Shown here one piece after another: positions 19,686-30,650 of a stretch of DNA of 64,000 nucleotides. The translations under genes were made by a program, and so were the position numbers. This stretch comes from Promethearchaeota archaeon (lineage in GTDB: Archaea; Asgardarchaeota; Lokiarchaeia; Sigyniarchaeales; SOKP01). The stretch is from contig JAHPZI010000023.1 of assembly GCA_019058295.1 (NCBI GenBank), forward strand, positions 1 through 64,000, read 5' to 3'. A model generated the notes under the pieces. The model was given only the letters and a program-made list of their open reading frames with translations. It was not told the DNA's origin and searched no databases. The first letter of the stretch is position 1. Each line of letters opens with the position of its first letter.

Positions 19686-20645
19686 TTGAAAAAACTGAGA
19701 CAAGATAATTCAGATAACGAATGCCCTCATAACGATATTAAGAGGGAGGGTGGATTTCTTGTTTGCAAAGATTGTGGCTTAATCTTAGAAGCTGATATTA
19801 CATTTGAAACGTCCATTAACGGCAAATCCGCAGAATCTCAACAGGTTTACGAAAGAAACATTAGGATAAGAGACTCGAAAGCATTACAAGATCCAAACAT
19901 TAAACAGAAATACGATAAAATTCAAACGCTCGAAAAATGGTACAGAGACTACGAAACAAGTTTTACAGAACAACGAAAAACGATTGAATTATTGAAAAAT
20001 TATGGTTTTAATATAAATCAAGTAAAACTTCAAGCAATAAAGAAAAGATATCTCAAATATAATAGAAACCATAGAGCCACATATCAAAACATGGTCATTA
20101 TCTTCCTTGCAATCATATGGCTAGAAATTAAAGAAACTACTAATGTTCGTATTGAAAGATATATAGAAGTATGTAATGAGTTAGGACACAAAATTAATAA
20201 AAAAATGCTTACTAATGCAATGCTGAAAGTAAAGAAAACTGAGAAGATGTGGAAAGAATTAAAGTCTCAAACCGATATTGAAAAAGAAATAAAGGAAAAG
20301 ATCAAAATCTTATTTCAAAAGGATTTAAATAGTATTCCTTACGATAAAGTTGAGGATTTCATTTCTCACGAATCAGAGTTCGAGAAATTGAAGATTGAAA
20401 TGCAAATATTAGCGGATGACTTACTTAAGAAAATACCGTATAAAGATTTAAAAAACTTAAATTATAAAGCATTCACAGCAGGATTGATTTATTATATAGG
20501 ACAAACTTTAGAAAAAGGGAATAGGAAAATTTTTACTCAAAGTCTTATTGAAGAATCAACGAGTTTTTCAAGTACAACAATAAGAAAAAAATATAACATT
20601 TTAAAGGATATTTTAGGAATTCCACATAGTTTAGCAGTAAATTAA
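19686..20645 (+). CDS. Divergent TFB-like protein (Zn ribbon plus cyclin-like repeats)
   Basis: CPH..LVCKDCGLI ribbon; C-terminal FTAGLIY..FTQSLIEESTSFSSTTIRKKY resembles the TFB C-terminal HTH. Confidence 0.7.
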   Translation: MKKLRQDNSDNECPHNDIKREGGFLVCKDCGLILEADITFETSINGKSAESQQVYERNIRIRDSKALQDPNIKQKYDKIQTLEKWYRDYETSFTEQRKTIELLKNYGFNINQVKLQAIKKRYLKYNRNHRATYQNMVIIFLAIIWLEIKETTNVRIERYIEVCNELGHKINKKMLTNAMLKVKKTEKMWKELKSQTDIEKEIKEKIKILFQKDLNSIPYDKVEDFISHESEFEKLKIEMQILADDLLKKIPYKDLKNLNYKAFTAGLIYYIGQTLEKGNRKIFTQSLIEESTSFSSTTIRKKYNILKDILGIPHSLAVN

Positions 20646-20755
20646 CTCTAATTTTTTATAAATTAAATTGATTAAATCTGAAAATAAATCATTATAAAGG
20701 CTTAAAACCTTTAATAATTATCATTAGGTTTTTTCAAATTTTTTAAAAAAATAAA

Positions 20756-23644
20756 ATGTCTATAGCAGAAATTACTGATAGAAATTATTATAATAAAACC
20801 ATAGATGAGTTAATAAAAGAATTTAATTCTGATCCCGAGAATGGACTGAAAACTTTAGAATTAGAGAGTCGTTTTAATGAATTTGGATATAATGAACTTC
20901 CTAAAATTAAAAAATCGATTTGGAAAATATATTTAGCACCGATTTTTAACTTCTTAATTGTTATTTTGCTTATTACAGGGATTGTTGTTATTATTCTAGG
21001 GAGTCCAGAGGACACAATTATTACGTTTACAGTGGTGGGCATGAATTCATGTACAGCAATTATTCAATCCTATCGGGGACAAAAAGCTCTCGAGTCCCTA
21101 AGGCAAATCTCCGCATTAAAGGCAATTGTAATACGTGATGGAAATAAATTTGGACAAGAAATACAAACAAGAGAACTAGTACCTGGAGATATTGTACTAT
21201 TAAATCAAGGAACAAAAATTCCTGCTGATGGTCGAATATTAGAATCTATGAATTTAACCATAGACGAAGCTGCTTTAACAGGTGAAAGTGAACCTGAAGA
21301 GAAAAATAACTTGATAATTGAAAAAGAAAATATTCCTATTCAAGATCAATCCAATATGGTTTTCATGGGTACATATGTCCATACAGGAAGAGCTAAAATT
21401 TTAATTACTGGAACAGGGATCAATACTGAAATTGGAAAAATCTCTATCCAATTAAATGAGATGGGTTCCATTGAAGAAATACCTTTAACTCATAAATTAA
21501 ATAAATTAGGTTATATCTTAGGAACAGTGGTAATAATTAATCTTATAGTACTTATCGTTTATAAATTTACAACATTAAATCTTTGGACCGAAATATTTAA
21601 AGGAAATTTTAAAAATGAAAATATTGGTGAAGCGCTTGTGAGCTCAATATTAAGGGCAATGAATATTATGCCTATTAATTTACCTCTATTAACAACTTTA
21701 GTTCTCGTTACAGGAGTACTTAATATGGCACAAAATGGAGTAATAATTAAAAATTTATCAGCAATAGAATCTCTCGGGCGTGTTTCTGTCGTTTGCTCGG
21801 ATAAAACTGGAACAATAACTAAAAATGAAATGACGGTTGAAAAATTTTGGATAAATGAAGAAGAATACGAAGTATCTGGTTCTGGTTATGATGCTAAAGG
21901 TGAAATTCAAAAAGATGGAAAAGAAATTAATTTAAAGGATAATTCAACATTTCAAAGATTTATTAATTCAATAGTCATAAATAACAACTCAAAACTTATA
22001 TTTGAAAACGTTAAAGTTAAGGTTGGAGAAACTATGGAAAAGGCAGTACGAAGAGCTTTAGGTTCTCCTACAGAAGCTGCATTATTAGTATTGGCTGAAA
22101 AAGCTGGTTATAATCTTACTGAAACTAAGAATAAATTTGAGATTTTGCAAGAATATTCGTTTAGTTCAGAATTTAAACGAATGACTACAGTTTGCACCAT
22201 ATTTGAAGAGAAATTCGAAATTTATGCTTTTTCAAAAGGTGCACCTGAAAGGATTTTAGATATATCTAATAAAATTGAAATAAATGGCAAGGAGAAATCT
22301 TTTAAAAATAAACAAGAGATATTAAATAAAATTAATAATCGAGCCAATCAAGGCTTTAGAACTTTAGCTATTGCTTATAGAAAATTAAAAGAATTTAATA
22401 ATTCTAAAAGAGAAGATATTGAGAGGAATCTAATATTTTTGGGTTTTGTGTCAATAATGGATCCCCCTCGGATTGGAGTTAAAAAATCTGTTGAAGATTA
22501 CCAATCTGCCGACATTAAAGTTATAATGATTACTGGCGATCACCCAGCAACTGCCCAAACTATTGCATCTGAGATGGGAATATATAAAGAAGGAGATTTT
22601 GTGGTTGAAGGTAGTGAAATTAAAAATCTTAGCAACGATAAGTTTAATAAAGTTTCTGTATTTGCTCGGGTAGCTCCTGCTGATAAAGAGATTATTATTG
22701 AAAAATACCAAGCCCAAGATAGAGTTGTAGCAATGACGGGTGATGGAATCAATGATTCTCTTGCCTTGAAAATGGCAAATGCGGGTATAGCAATGGGAAT
22801 CACTGGAACTGATGTTGCTAAAGAAACGGCAGACATGGTAATTTCAGATGATGATTTCACTTCAATAGAGCAAGGTGTAAAAATCGGAAGAGGACTTTTT
22901 TCTAAAATCAGAACGATAATCTATTTCTTTATATGCTTAAATATAATGGAAGCCGTAATATTCTTTGGGTATGAATTCATACCGACTTTCGTATTATTTA
23001 AGTCAGAATGGCAACATATTTATATCTTTGGTGTAGTTCATTCACTTCCATCCTTAGCTTTAGTCATTGATAAGCATCCGAAAAACATAATGAAAGAACC
23101 TCCAAAAGACGAAGAAGAATTGTTAAATAAAAATATGTGGGCAATGTTATTACTGCAAGCGTTCTTAATGGGATTGGGGTTAATATTGGCTATTCAATTA
23201 ACATTAGGGGGTTTTCTGGGGGGCTTAAATGAGTGGAATATCAATCCAAATTTAAGCTATATTCCCAAGAATACTTCAAATGATGAATTAGTTGATATGA
23301 AAGCCCGAACGATGTTTATGACTACATTATATATAGTAGAAACATTTTTTATCTGGACCTTTCGCCGGCCTAATCAATCCGTTATTGAAAGCATTAAAGA
23401 TGAAGATATGGGAAAGCCTTTACTTGTTATTTGTTTGATTACATTATCTCTACATGTTTTAATAATATGTTTTTCTTATCAGTTTAATAATGCTGTAAAT
23501 AACACACTAGGATTGAATTTGCAACTAAATTTTATGTTTCTGAGTGCACTGGATTGGTTAATTTGCATTTTATTTGCTCTACCTGGCTTAATTGGAATAG
23601 AAATTATCAAATATTTTGCAAGAAAAAAGAAAATAGTTTTCTAA
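20756..23644 (+). CDS. P-type ATPase, P2-like, atypical ion-binding residues
   Basis: TGES, DKTGT, KGAPE, DPPR, MITGD and TGDGIND; TM4 reads MPINLP. Confidence 0.93.
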   Translation: MSIAEITDRNYYNKTIDELIKEFNSDPENGLKTLELESRFNEFGYNELPKIKKSIWKIYLAPIFNFLIVILLITGIVVIILGSPEDTIITFTVVGMNSCTAIIQSYRGQKALESLRQISALKAIVIRDGNKFGQEIQTRELVPGDIVLLNQGTKIPADGRILESMNLTIDEAALTGESEPEEKNNLIIEKENIPIQDQSNMVFMGTYVHTGRAKILITGTGINTEIGKISIQLNEMGSIEEIPLTHKLNKLGYILGTVVIINLIVLIVYKFTTLNLWTEIFKGNFKNENIGEALVSSILRAMNIMPINLPLLTTLVLVTGVLNMAQNGVIIKNLSAIESLGRVSVVCSDKTGTITKNEMTVEKFWINEEEYEVSGSGYDAKGEIQKDGKEINLKDNSTFQRFINSIVINNNSKLIFENVKVKVGETMEKAVRRALGSPTEAALLVLAEKAGYNLTETKNKFEILQEYSFSSEFKRMTTVCTIFEEKFEIYAFSKGAPERILDISNKIEINGKEKSFKNKQEILNKINNRANQGFRTLAIAYRKLKEFNNSKREDIERNLIFLGFVSIMDPPRIGVKKSVEDYQSADIKVIMITGDHPATAQTIASEMGIYKEGDFVVEGSEIKNLSNDKFNKVSVFARVAPADKEIIIEKYQAQDRVVAMTGDGINDSLALKMANAGIAMGITGTDVAKETADMVISDDDFTSIEQGVKIGRGLFSKIRTIIYFFICLNIMEAVIFFGYEFIPTFVLFKSEWQHIYIFGVVHSLPSLALVIDKHPKNIMKEPPKDEEELLNKNMWAMLLLQAFLMGLGLILAIQLTLGGFLGGLNEWNINPNLSYIPKNTSNDELVDMKARTMFMTTLYIVETFFIWTFRRPNQSVIESIKDEDMGKPLLVICLITLSLHVLIICFSYQFNNAVNNTLGLNLQLNFMFLSALDWLICILFALPGLIGIEIIKYFARKKKIVF

Positions 23645-23769
23645 AATTTTATTTCTGCAATCTTTTTGTTGAAAAATAATAATTAAAAATAATAAATATT
23701 ATAGTCTTATTATAAAAAATTATTATTTACTAAAATTTAAACAATAATCAAAATTACTTTTATTTATTA

Positions 23770-26673
23770 ATGACAGTTGCGGAAGATACACAAGTAGAAA
23801 TAAATTATTATAATTTAAAACTAGAGGAAATCTACAAAAATCTTCAAACTGATCCAGATAAGGGATTAAGTGAAGAAGAAGCTGTAAGAAGATTAGAGCA
23901 GTATGGCCCTAATGAAATCCCAAGAGTTTCTAAAGGTTTTATTAAGATTTATCTAGCCCCTCTCTTCAATTGGCTCATTGTTATTTATCTTATAGGCGCA
24001 TTGATATTATTCTTAGCTTGGTTCTTTGGAGAAGGGGGCAATATGACTTTTATCGCTCTTACACTTGGCATCGTTTTTCTTAATTGTTTAATAGCTATTT
24101 TTCAACAATATCGTGCCACTAAAAAATTGAAAGCTCTACGAGAACTTACTGCACCTACATCAACGGTTATTAGAAATGGACAGAAAAAAGATATCCCAAC
24201 GAAAGAAATTGTAAGAGGAGATTTAATAGCTCTAAATCAAGGTGATAAAATTCCTGCTGATGGAAGAATAATTAATTCAACCATTCTTGAAGTTAACGAG
24301 GCGGCTCTAACTGGTGAAAGTGAATCTGTACTAAAGCTTCAAGAGGGTGAAGCATTGGACGGGGCAAAAATACCCATAGGCGACCGAAAAAATATGGTTT
24401 ATTATGGTACATACGTAGCAATGGGGAATGGAACCGCAATAGTAGTAGAAACGGGTGGAAATACAGAAATTGGTAAAATTTCTCAAGGATTAGAAGAAGC
24501 TGGAACTAGTGAGATACCAATACGTAAAAAAATGAATAATTTTGGAAAATGGTTAGGATTATTAGTTATGTTATTTTGGTTTATAATTTTAATGATTATA
24601 TGGATTGGAAGTGGTTTTAAAAAGCTAGAAATAGTCAAGAGTCTTAATTCGGCAATGGATATAATGCCCATTAATATTCCGTTATTGACAACCATTGTTC
24701 TATTGACTGGTGTTTTAGCAATGGCTCACCATGGAGTCATTGTTCGAAATCTTGCATCAGTTGACAGTTTAGGACGAGTAAGCGTAGTTTGCAGCGATAA
24801 AACAGGGACCTTAACCAAGAATCAAATGGCAATTGAATATGTATGGACAAATAATTCTATATTTAAAGTAACTGGAAGTGGTTATGATCCTGAAGGTGAT
24901 ATTTTTTTTATGGATGATCCTAAAAATCTCGTAATAGTAACCCGCATTGATGATTTTCCGGAATTGAAACAATTATTAACTTCAGGCTTTTTAAATAATA
25001 ATTCTGCTCTTGTAAAAAATGAAATTGAAGTTTCTGGTAAAATTATTCCAAAATATAGTGTAATCGGTTCTCCTACAGAAGGAGCATTAATGGTCTTATT
25101 CCAAAAGGGGATGGGTGATTATATTTTGGAAAGTTACCAACAATTAAAAGAATTCCCTTTTGATTCCTCCATTAAAAGAATGAGTAAAGTTTTTCAGAAA
25201 GATTCAGAATATTATACATTTACTAAAGGAGCAAGTGAAATATTAATTGAACTCTGCCCAAAAATCTTGATTAATAATCGTGAAGAAGATTTTACTCCTG
25301 AATTGAAAGAGAAAGTATCTCTTAAAATAGATAGATTTGCCAATCAAGGATATAGAATATTAAGTTTATGCTATAAAAAAATGAATGAAATTCCTCTAGA
25401 CACAGACGAAAGCAGACAACTATGCGAATCAAATCTGGTATATCTTGGTTTTGTAACTATCTTGGATCCACCTCGAAGAGGCGTAAAAGAATCAGTAGAG
25501 CAGTGTCAAAACGCTGGAGTTGATGTGGTGATGATCACTGGCGATTCTCCTACAACGGCAAAAGCTATTGCTTCACAAATATCAATTGTAAAGGATGAAA
25601 ACGATTATACTATTGAAGGTTATCAAATAAAAGATATTGACTCTAATGAAGATTTTAATAATATTAAAGTTTTTGCTCGAGTAGCTCCTGCGGACAAACA
25701 AATTATAGTAGAGAAATATCAAAGAGATAAAAGAGTTGTTGCGATGACTGGCGATGGTGTCAATGATGCTTTAGCATTAAATATGGCTGATGCGGGAGTT
25801 GCAATGGGTATACAAGGTACAGATGTTGCTAAAGAAGCCTCGGACATGGTTATATCTGATGATTCTTTCAATTCGATAGTTAAAGGGATACATCAAGGGA
25901 GAGGGATTTTTGCTAAAATTAGAGCTGTTGTTTTCTTCTATATATGTATTAATTTATTTGAAGGAATAGTACAATTTATTTTAGCTGTAATTTTAGATTT
26001 ACCATATTTTTTGAATCAGGAATTCTATTGGCAATGGATCTTTTTATCAATAACGCTTCATACATTTCCAGGTTTACTTTTAACTTTTGATACTATATCT
26101 AATGATGTAATGAATGAAAAACCAAAAGATACTGAAGAAATATTGTCAAAGAACACAATTTATTTAATGCTTACGTACGGAGCTTTATTATCAATCTGTA
26201 TGCTTATAATCTATTTTTCAGTTATGATTGGATTATTTCCAGTAACTTATAGTAATACTCATTTTGGATTCCTTAACGAAGGATATCTTTATAGTTCAGA
26301 GACTATGGATGAATTAACGCCAGATATAAATTTACGTATAGCAAAAGCTCTCACTATGCTTATGGTTACATTATTTCTCTGTGAATCTTTTCTAATTCTA
26401 CAAATTAGGCGCCCAAATAAATCATTAATAAAAAGTCTTAGGGAAGATTGGAGTAATAGAATTTTATACTTGTTAGGGTTATTATTCGGCATATTTTTAA
26501 TTATAATGTATGTCCCAGGAGTTCAAATTGGGCTAGCAACGATTGGTATCAACTTTATGTTTATGTATCTTACACTTTTAGACTGGATCGTATGTTTTGG
26601 AGTGTCATTGATATGCATACTTGGTTTTGAACTTATTAAAGCTAATGCCCGAAAGAGAGGAATTAATTTCTAA
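23770..26673 (+). CDS. P-type ATPase, P2-like, atypical ion-binding residues (paralog)
   Basis: TGES, DKTGT, KGASE, DPPR and TGDGVND; TM4 reads MPINIP. Confidence 0.93.
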   Translation: MTVAEDTQVEINYYNLKLEEIYKNLQTDPDKGLSEEEAVRRLEQYGPNEIPRVSKGFIKIYLAPLFNWLIVIYLIGALILFLAWFFGEGGNMTFIALTLGIVFLNCLIAIFQQYRATKKLKALRELTAPTSTVIRNGQKKDIPTKEIVRGDLIALNQGDKIPADGRIINSTILEVNEAALTGESESVLKLQEGEALDGAKIPIGDRKNMVYYGTYVAMGNGTAIVVETGGNTEIGKISQGLEEAGTSEIPIRKKMNNFGKWLGLLVMLFWFIILMIIWIGSGFKKLEIVKSLNSAMDIMPINIPLLTTIVLLTGVLAMAHHGVIVRNLASVDSLGRVSVVCSDKTGTLTKNQMAIEYVWTNNSIFKVTGSGYDPEGDIFFMDDPKNLVIVTRIDDFPELKQLLTSGFLNNNSALVKNEIEVSGKIIPKYSVIGSPTEGALMVLFQKGMGDYILESYQQLKEFPFDSSIKRMSKVFQKDSEYYTFTKGASEILIELCPKILINNREEDFTPELKEKVSLKIDRFANQGYRILSLCYKKMNEIPLDTDESRQLCESNLVYLGFVTILDPPRRGVKESVEQCQNAGVDVVMITGDSPTTAKAIASQISIVKDENDYTIEGYQIKDIDSNEDFNNIKVFARVAPADKQIIVEKYQRDKRVVAMTGDGVNDALALNMADAGVAMGIQGTDVAKEASDMVISDDSFNSIVKGIHQGRGIFAKIRAVVFFYICINLFEGIVQFILAVILDLPYFLNQEFYWQWIFLSITLHTFPGLLLTFDTISNDVMNEKPKDTEEILSKNTIYLMLTYGALLSICMLIIYFSVMIGLFPVTYSNTHFGFLNEGYLYSSETMDELTPDINLRIAKALTMLMVTLFLCESFLILQIRRPNKSLIKSLREDWSNRILYLLGLLFGIFLIIMYVPGVQIGLATIGINFMFMYLTLLDWIVCFGVSLICILGFELIKANARKRGINF

Positions 26674-26707
26674 GGAATACTGAATTATTTATTTTAAAAC
26701 TTAAGGC

Positions 26708-28003
26708 CTATTTTCGCATTTTTCGATAGTCCACTATTGGAAGCTTATTAATATTATAAGGGAGAGTTGCATTATCAGGGATCGGATCGATATAACAATG
26801 TCGGAATTTCGAATGCTGCATCCTGCAGAATGGAGTTCGATGATTGAAGGCAGGATGACGTACCATTCTCATCCAGATCTTCTTTAAAGGTTCAGTACGA
26901 ATGTTTCCAAAAGAAAGAGGTGTAAAATCGCAGGGAGCAACATCTCCATATGCAGAAACATAATACTGAATATTTGCTGCTAGACATCCCATCCCTCCGA
27001 GATATGATTGCATAGAGGTCTCAATCCACGATTGATAAGAAAAAGGAGGTATTTTCTTCTCTTTGAATATTTCAGCACAATAATTACGGATTTCTTCACG
27101 CTGCTCTTGGGTAAGTATCTCACTTGTATCTTTCAAATTATATGCTGGAGGAACACCATCAAAAAGCATCAAATTCTTAGTACCAAGTTTTTTTGCTAGT
27201 TTATACATTTTTTTATACATTCCATTTATAGTGGCAGAACGTGTCGCGTAAGAAGAGAGCCCAACAAATACTCCTTTTGATTTCATTTTCTGAAGACCAT
27301 TCACTGCAGTCTCAAAAATACCCGGCATACCTCTTAATCTATTATGCTCCTCAGGAGATGGACTATCAATACTTACAAATATAGAATAGAGACCTGCATC
27401 TACTAATTTTTCTACATTTTCATCTGTGAGTAATAATCCATTTGTAAACATAATGGGTAAAGCCTTACGTTTATTCACATAAGATATAAGTTCAAAAATA
27501 TCCTCCCGTAATAAGGGTTCTCCCCCTGTAAAAGCGAGAATAGTTACACCGAGTTTTTGGCTTTCATCAATAACTCTTTTTGCCTCTTCTGTAGTAAGTT
27601 CTGGTATATCCTTTCTCAAATGACTTGATGCACTACAATGAACACATTTACACTGACATCTATAAGTTACCGCAAAAGTCATCGCAACAGGAAAAGGATG
27701 ACCTATTAAATTGGATTTTACCAAATTTTTGAGAGCTCGCAGCATAGGAAAACTTCCAATTGGAGGGGCATATGTGTTTGTAACTATCTTTCCTTTCCAT
27801 CGCCCAAGAGTAGAATAATTTTTATAAAATTTACTCTGAAAATAAATCATTGTGAATAACCGGAATAAGCGAAATTTATCAAGAAGTGGGTTAAGAAGGC
27901 CTGTACCTATTAATTCATCATCTTCTAATCTCTTAAAGCTTATGAGCTTTCTGCCGAAAAGTTTCCAAAAAATTTGCTCTCGTTCCATTGATAGATATCC
28001 CAT
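26708..28003 (-). CDS. Radical SAM protein with SPASM/twitch domain
   Basis: CQCKCVHC, FTGGEPLL and C-terminal GCLA..PCDF..FGNI. Confidence 0.9.
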   Translation of the reverse strand: MGYLSMEREQIFWKLFGRKLISFKRLEDDELIGTGLLNPLLDKFRLFRLFTMIYFQSKFYKNYSTLGRWKGKIVTNTYAPPIGSFPMLRALKNLVKSNLIGHPFPVAMTFAVTYRCQCKCVHCSASSHLRKDIPELTTEEAKRVIDESQKLGVTILAFTGGEPLLREDIFELISYVNKRKALPIMFTNGLLLTDENVEKLVDAGLYSIFVSIDSPSPEEHNRLRGMPGIFETAVNGLQKMKSKGVFVGLSSYATRSATINGMYKKMYKLAKKLGTKNLMLFDGVPPAYNLKDTSEILTQEQREEIRNYCAEIFKEKKIPPFSYQSWIETSMQSYLGGMGCLAANIQYYVSAYGDVAPCDFTPLSFGNIRTEPLKKIWMRMVRHPAFNHRTPFCRMQHSKFRHCYIDPIPDNATLPYNINKLPIVDYRKMRK

Positions 28004-28164
28004 TATAATATATAATTTGTATAATTCAAATTATAAATATTTACCTCAACTATAATATTAGCTATTATTTATAATTAGCTGCAAAATTAACACAAATTCT
28101 TTAATATATTTGCGATAATAACAATTATATATCTTAAGTTAAATATTATTAAAATGATTAAAGG

Positions 28165-29592
28165 TTGATAAATAGTAAGATAATTAGTGAATTAGAATCC
28201 ATCGTATCAAAAAAATTTGTTTCAGACAAACCCGAAGTAACCTATTTATACCATTATGATTTCGTTACGGCAGAACCAGAAGGGAAATGTGATATAGTCA
28301 TAATGCCAGATTCAGCTGAGCAAATTCAAGAAATTGTTAAGATTGCTAATAAATATAAAATTCCACTAGTTCCATGGGTTTCTGGAATAAATTTTGGTTC
28401 TATAGCAACTCCAAGAAAAGGAGGTATTTTAGTTGATTTAAGACGATTAAACCGAGTACTTGAAGTAAATGAGGATGATATGTATGCTGTTGTAGAAGGA
28501 GGTATAACTTGGGCTGATCTTCAAGGTTATCTTGAAAAGAATCATCCTAATTTGAGAGCAGGGATAACTTGGTCACCTCCAGGGACAGGTGTGGTACCTG
28601 CATGTTTGTGTTATGGGATGTTTGATTTAGGGATGATTGGTGGAACAGGTGCAGAGTTTATTAACGGTTTAGAAGTTGTCCTTGGATCTGGAGAATTAAT
28701 ACGGGCAGGATCATGTAGTCTTTCAAATTATTGGTATGGTCGCCAACCTTTACCAGATTTATCAGGATTGTTTATAGGATGGGAAGGTACAACTGGCATT
28801 GTAACTAAAGCAGCTATTAAATTATGGCCAAAATTACCCTACAGAGAAGATTTTACCGGTATAACTCTGAAAATGGATGATGGATTCCCTGTATTACTCA
28901 AACTTTCAAAAGTGGGACTTGGAATAAGTGATATATTAAGTGTAAATCTTGGATGGGTTCAATCTTGGCAAGGGTTAAACGAAAAAAATGCGGTACAAGA
29001 TGCTATAGCTGAAAATATGCCAGATTTTATTTCATATATAACAACTCAAGCATATTCTGAAAAACAACATGAAGCTCAATGTGATGCGATTAGAGATATT
29101 GGTACTAAAGGTGGTTTACGGATAATGTCATCGGAAGATGGTGTTGAAGCAGCACAAAGTCCTCCACTTTTAGCTTGGGGATGTTGGAATTTCTCCAGAG
29201 GAGGTGGAGGTCAATGGATTGGGAGTTATTGTTCAACTAGAGAGGTTGTAAAATTTTATAATTTAAGTAGAAAAATCTGTCTTAAATATGGTAAATCACC
29301 ACAATTTTATAGCAGAATAATGTTTGGAGGTCATTATGTTGTTGCTCGTTCAAATATTAACTTTAACAAAAACGATCCAAAAGAAATTGAGAATGCAAGG
29401 AAAATTTTAAGTGAAATTCATGACGAGGTTCATAATTTAGAGGGAGTAGTTATGTATAAACCCCCCTTATGGGCTTTAGAGTATAATAAGAATAAAACAT
29501 TTCCTGCAACAACTAAATTAATTAATAATATCAAAAAGCTTCTCGATCCAAACAATTTAATGAATCCTGGACAAGGGATTGGAGATAATTAA
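28165..29592 (+). CDS. FAD-binding oxidoreductase (VAO/PCMH, GlcD-like)
   Basis: GLEVVLGSGE, GWEGTTGIVT and LDPNNLMNPG. Confidence 0.9.
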   Translation: MINSKIISELESIVSKKFVSDKPEVTYLYHYDFVTAEPEGKCDIVIMPDSAEQIQEIVKIANKYKIPLVPWVSGINFGSIATPRKGGILVDLRRLNRVLEVNEDDMYAVVEGGITWADLQGYLEKNHPNLRAGITWSPPGTGVVPACLCYGMFDLGMIGGTGAEFINGLEVVLGSGELIRAGSCSLSNYWYGRQPLPDLSGLFIGWEGTTGIVTKAAIKLWPKLPYREDFTGITLKMDDGFPVLLKLSKVGLGISDILSVNLGWVQSWQGLNEKNAVQDAIAENMPDFISYITTQAYSEKQHEAQCDAIRDIGTKGGLRIMSSEDGVEAAQSPPLLAWGCWNFSRGGGGQWIGSYCSTREVVKFYNLSRKICLKYGKSPQFYSRIMFGGHYVVARSNINFNKNDPKEIENARKILSEIHDEVHNLEGVVMYKPPLWALEYNKNKTFPATTKLINNIKKLLDPNNLMNPGQGIGDN

Positions 29593-29594
29593 TA

Positions 29595-30650
29595 TTACTT
29601 ATCCATTTCTTTGAAATAAGGAATAATTCTATCTCTAAAAATCTCGTAGACAAGATTTGAATCTGGGCCGCGATTCATTAAAGACAAATGTGTTGCTCCA
29701 GCATTTTTAAATTTTTCAATACTGGCAATAACGTTATCTGTAGTTCCTATACAATTCGCATCTTCATGTATTGATCCCGGTAATCGATCTATACATTTCA
29801 GTAAATCTGCAGCACCCTCACTATCTAACAGGATATTATGTATGGTTAAATCTTCAGGTAAATTTAAATTTGGATAAGCTTGATTAAGTTTTGTAGGATT
29901 TAATATATAACCTGTTTTAAAAAATTCACATCTATCTATTGCTTTTTGAGGATCATCGTCATCAATAGCTACAAAACAATCATAAACATAATCAATCCCG
30001 GAAGAATCACGACCAGCTTTTTTAGCAGCATCTACGACTTCATTATAATTTGCCTTATAAGTCCAAGGAGTCTCAACGAAAGGATACCATCCATCACCTA
30101 ATTCACCAGCTATTTTTCGGGTCTTTGGGCTATTTGCGGCCACATAAATAGGAGGAGTCTTCTGAATGGGTTTAATTTGAATAAATCCATTTTTGATTGT
30201 ACCCCAAAAATCACTTTTTATGTTTATCCTTTTTTTCGTCCAGAATTTTCTTATAATTTCTATATACTCTCTTAACTTTGTTACAGACCTCTCTCTACTA
30301 AGACCATAAAAATCAATATTCATTGCCTCTCCAGCTCCTATGCCTATCATCGCTCTTCCTTTAGAAATTACATCTAAAGTAGCAACTTTATGCGCCATGA
30401 GAGCAGGATGAAATCTATGGCAATCGGATACTCCCGTGCATAATTTTAATTTATTTGTTTCCATCGCTAACGCTGTTAAAAAACAGAGAGCGTCATAACA
30501 TGTTCCAGGTGAATTTAGCATGGTTGTATGATCTGCATAGAAAATGGAATCAAATCCACAAGCTTCAGCCTTTTTTGAACCATCTATCATATATTCAAGT
30601 CTGGGAGTTGGTACAGGTATACTAAAACTAAACTTCAACTCACTCATCAC
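29595..30650 (-). CDS. LLM-class flavin/F420-dependent oxidoreductase
   Basis: GFDSIFYADH, HPALMAHKVATLDVISKGR and GIGAGE. Confidence 0.9.
   Translation of the reverse strand: MMSELKFSFSIPVPTPRLEYMIDGSKKAEACGFDSIFYADHTTMLNSPGTCYDALCFLTALAMETNKLKLCTGVSDCHRFHPALMAHKVATLDVISKGRAMIGIGAGEAMNIDFYGLSRERSVTKLREYIEIIRKFWTKKRINIKSDFWGTIKNGFIQIKPIQKTPPIYVAANSPKTRKIAGELGDGWYPFVETPWTYKANYNEVVDAAKKAGRDSSGIDYVYDCFVAIDDDDPQKAIDRCEFFKTGYILNPTKLNQAYPNLNLPEDLTIHNILLDSEGAADLLKCIDRLPGSIHEDANCIGTTDNVIASIEKFKNAGATHLSLMNRGPDSNLVYEIFRDRIIPYFKEMDK

Noticed and set aside
20756-26673. Calling the two pumps bona fide P4 flippases or ordinary Ca2+-ATPases
   Set aside because: They retain TGES and a P2-like layout (not DGET) but lack key Ca2+ ligands; neither label is supported without phylogeny or assay.
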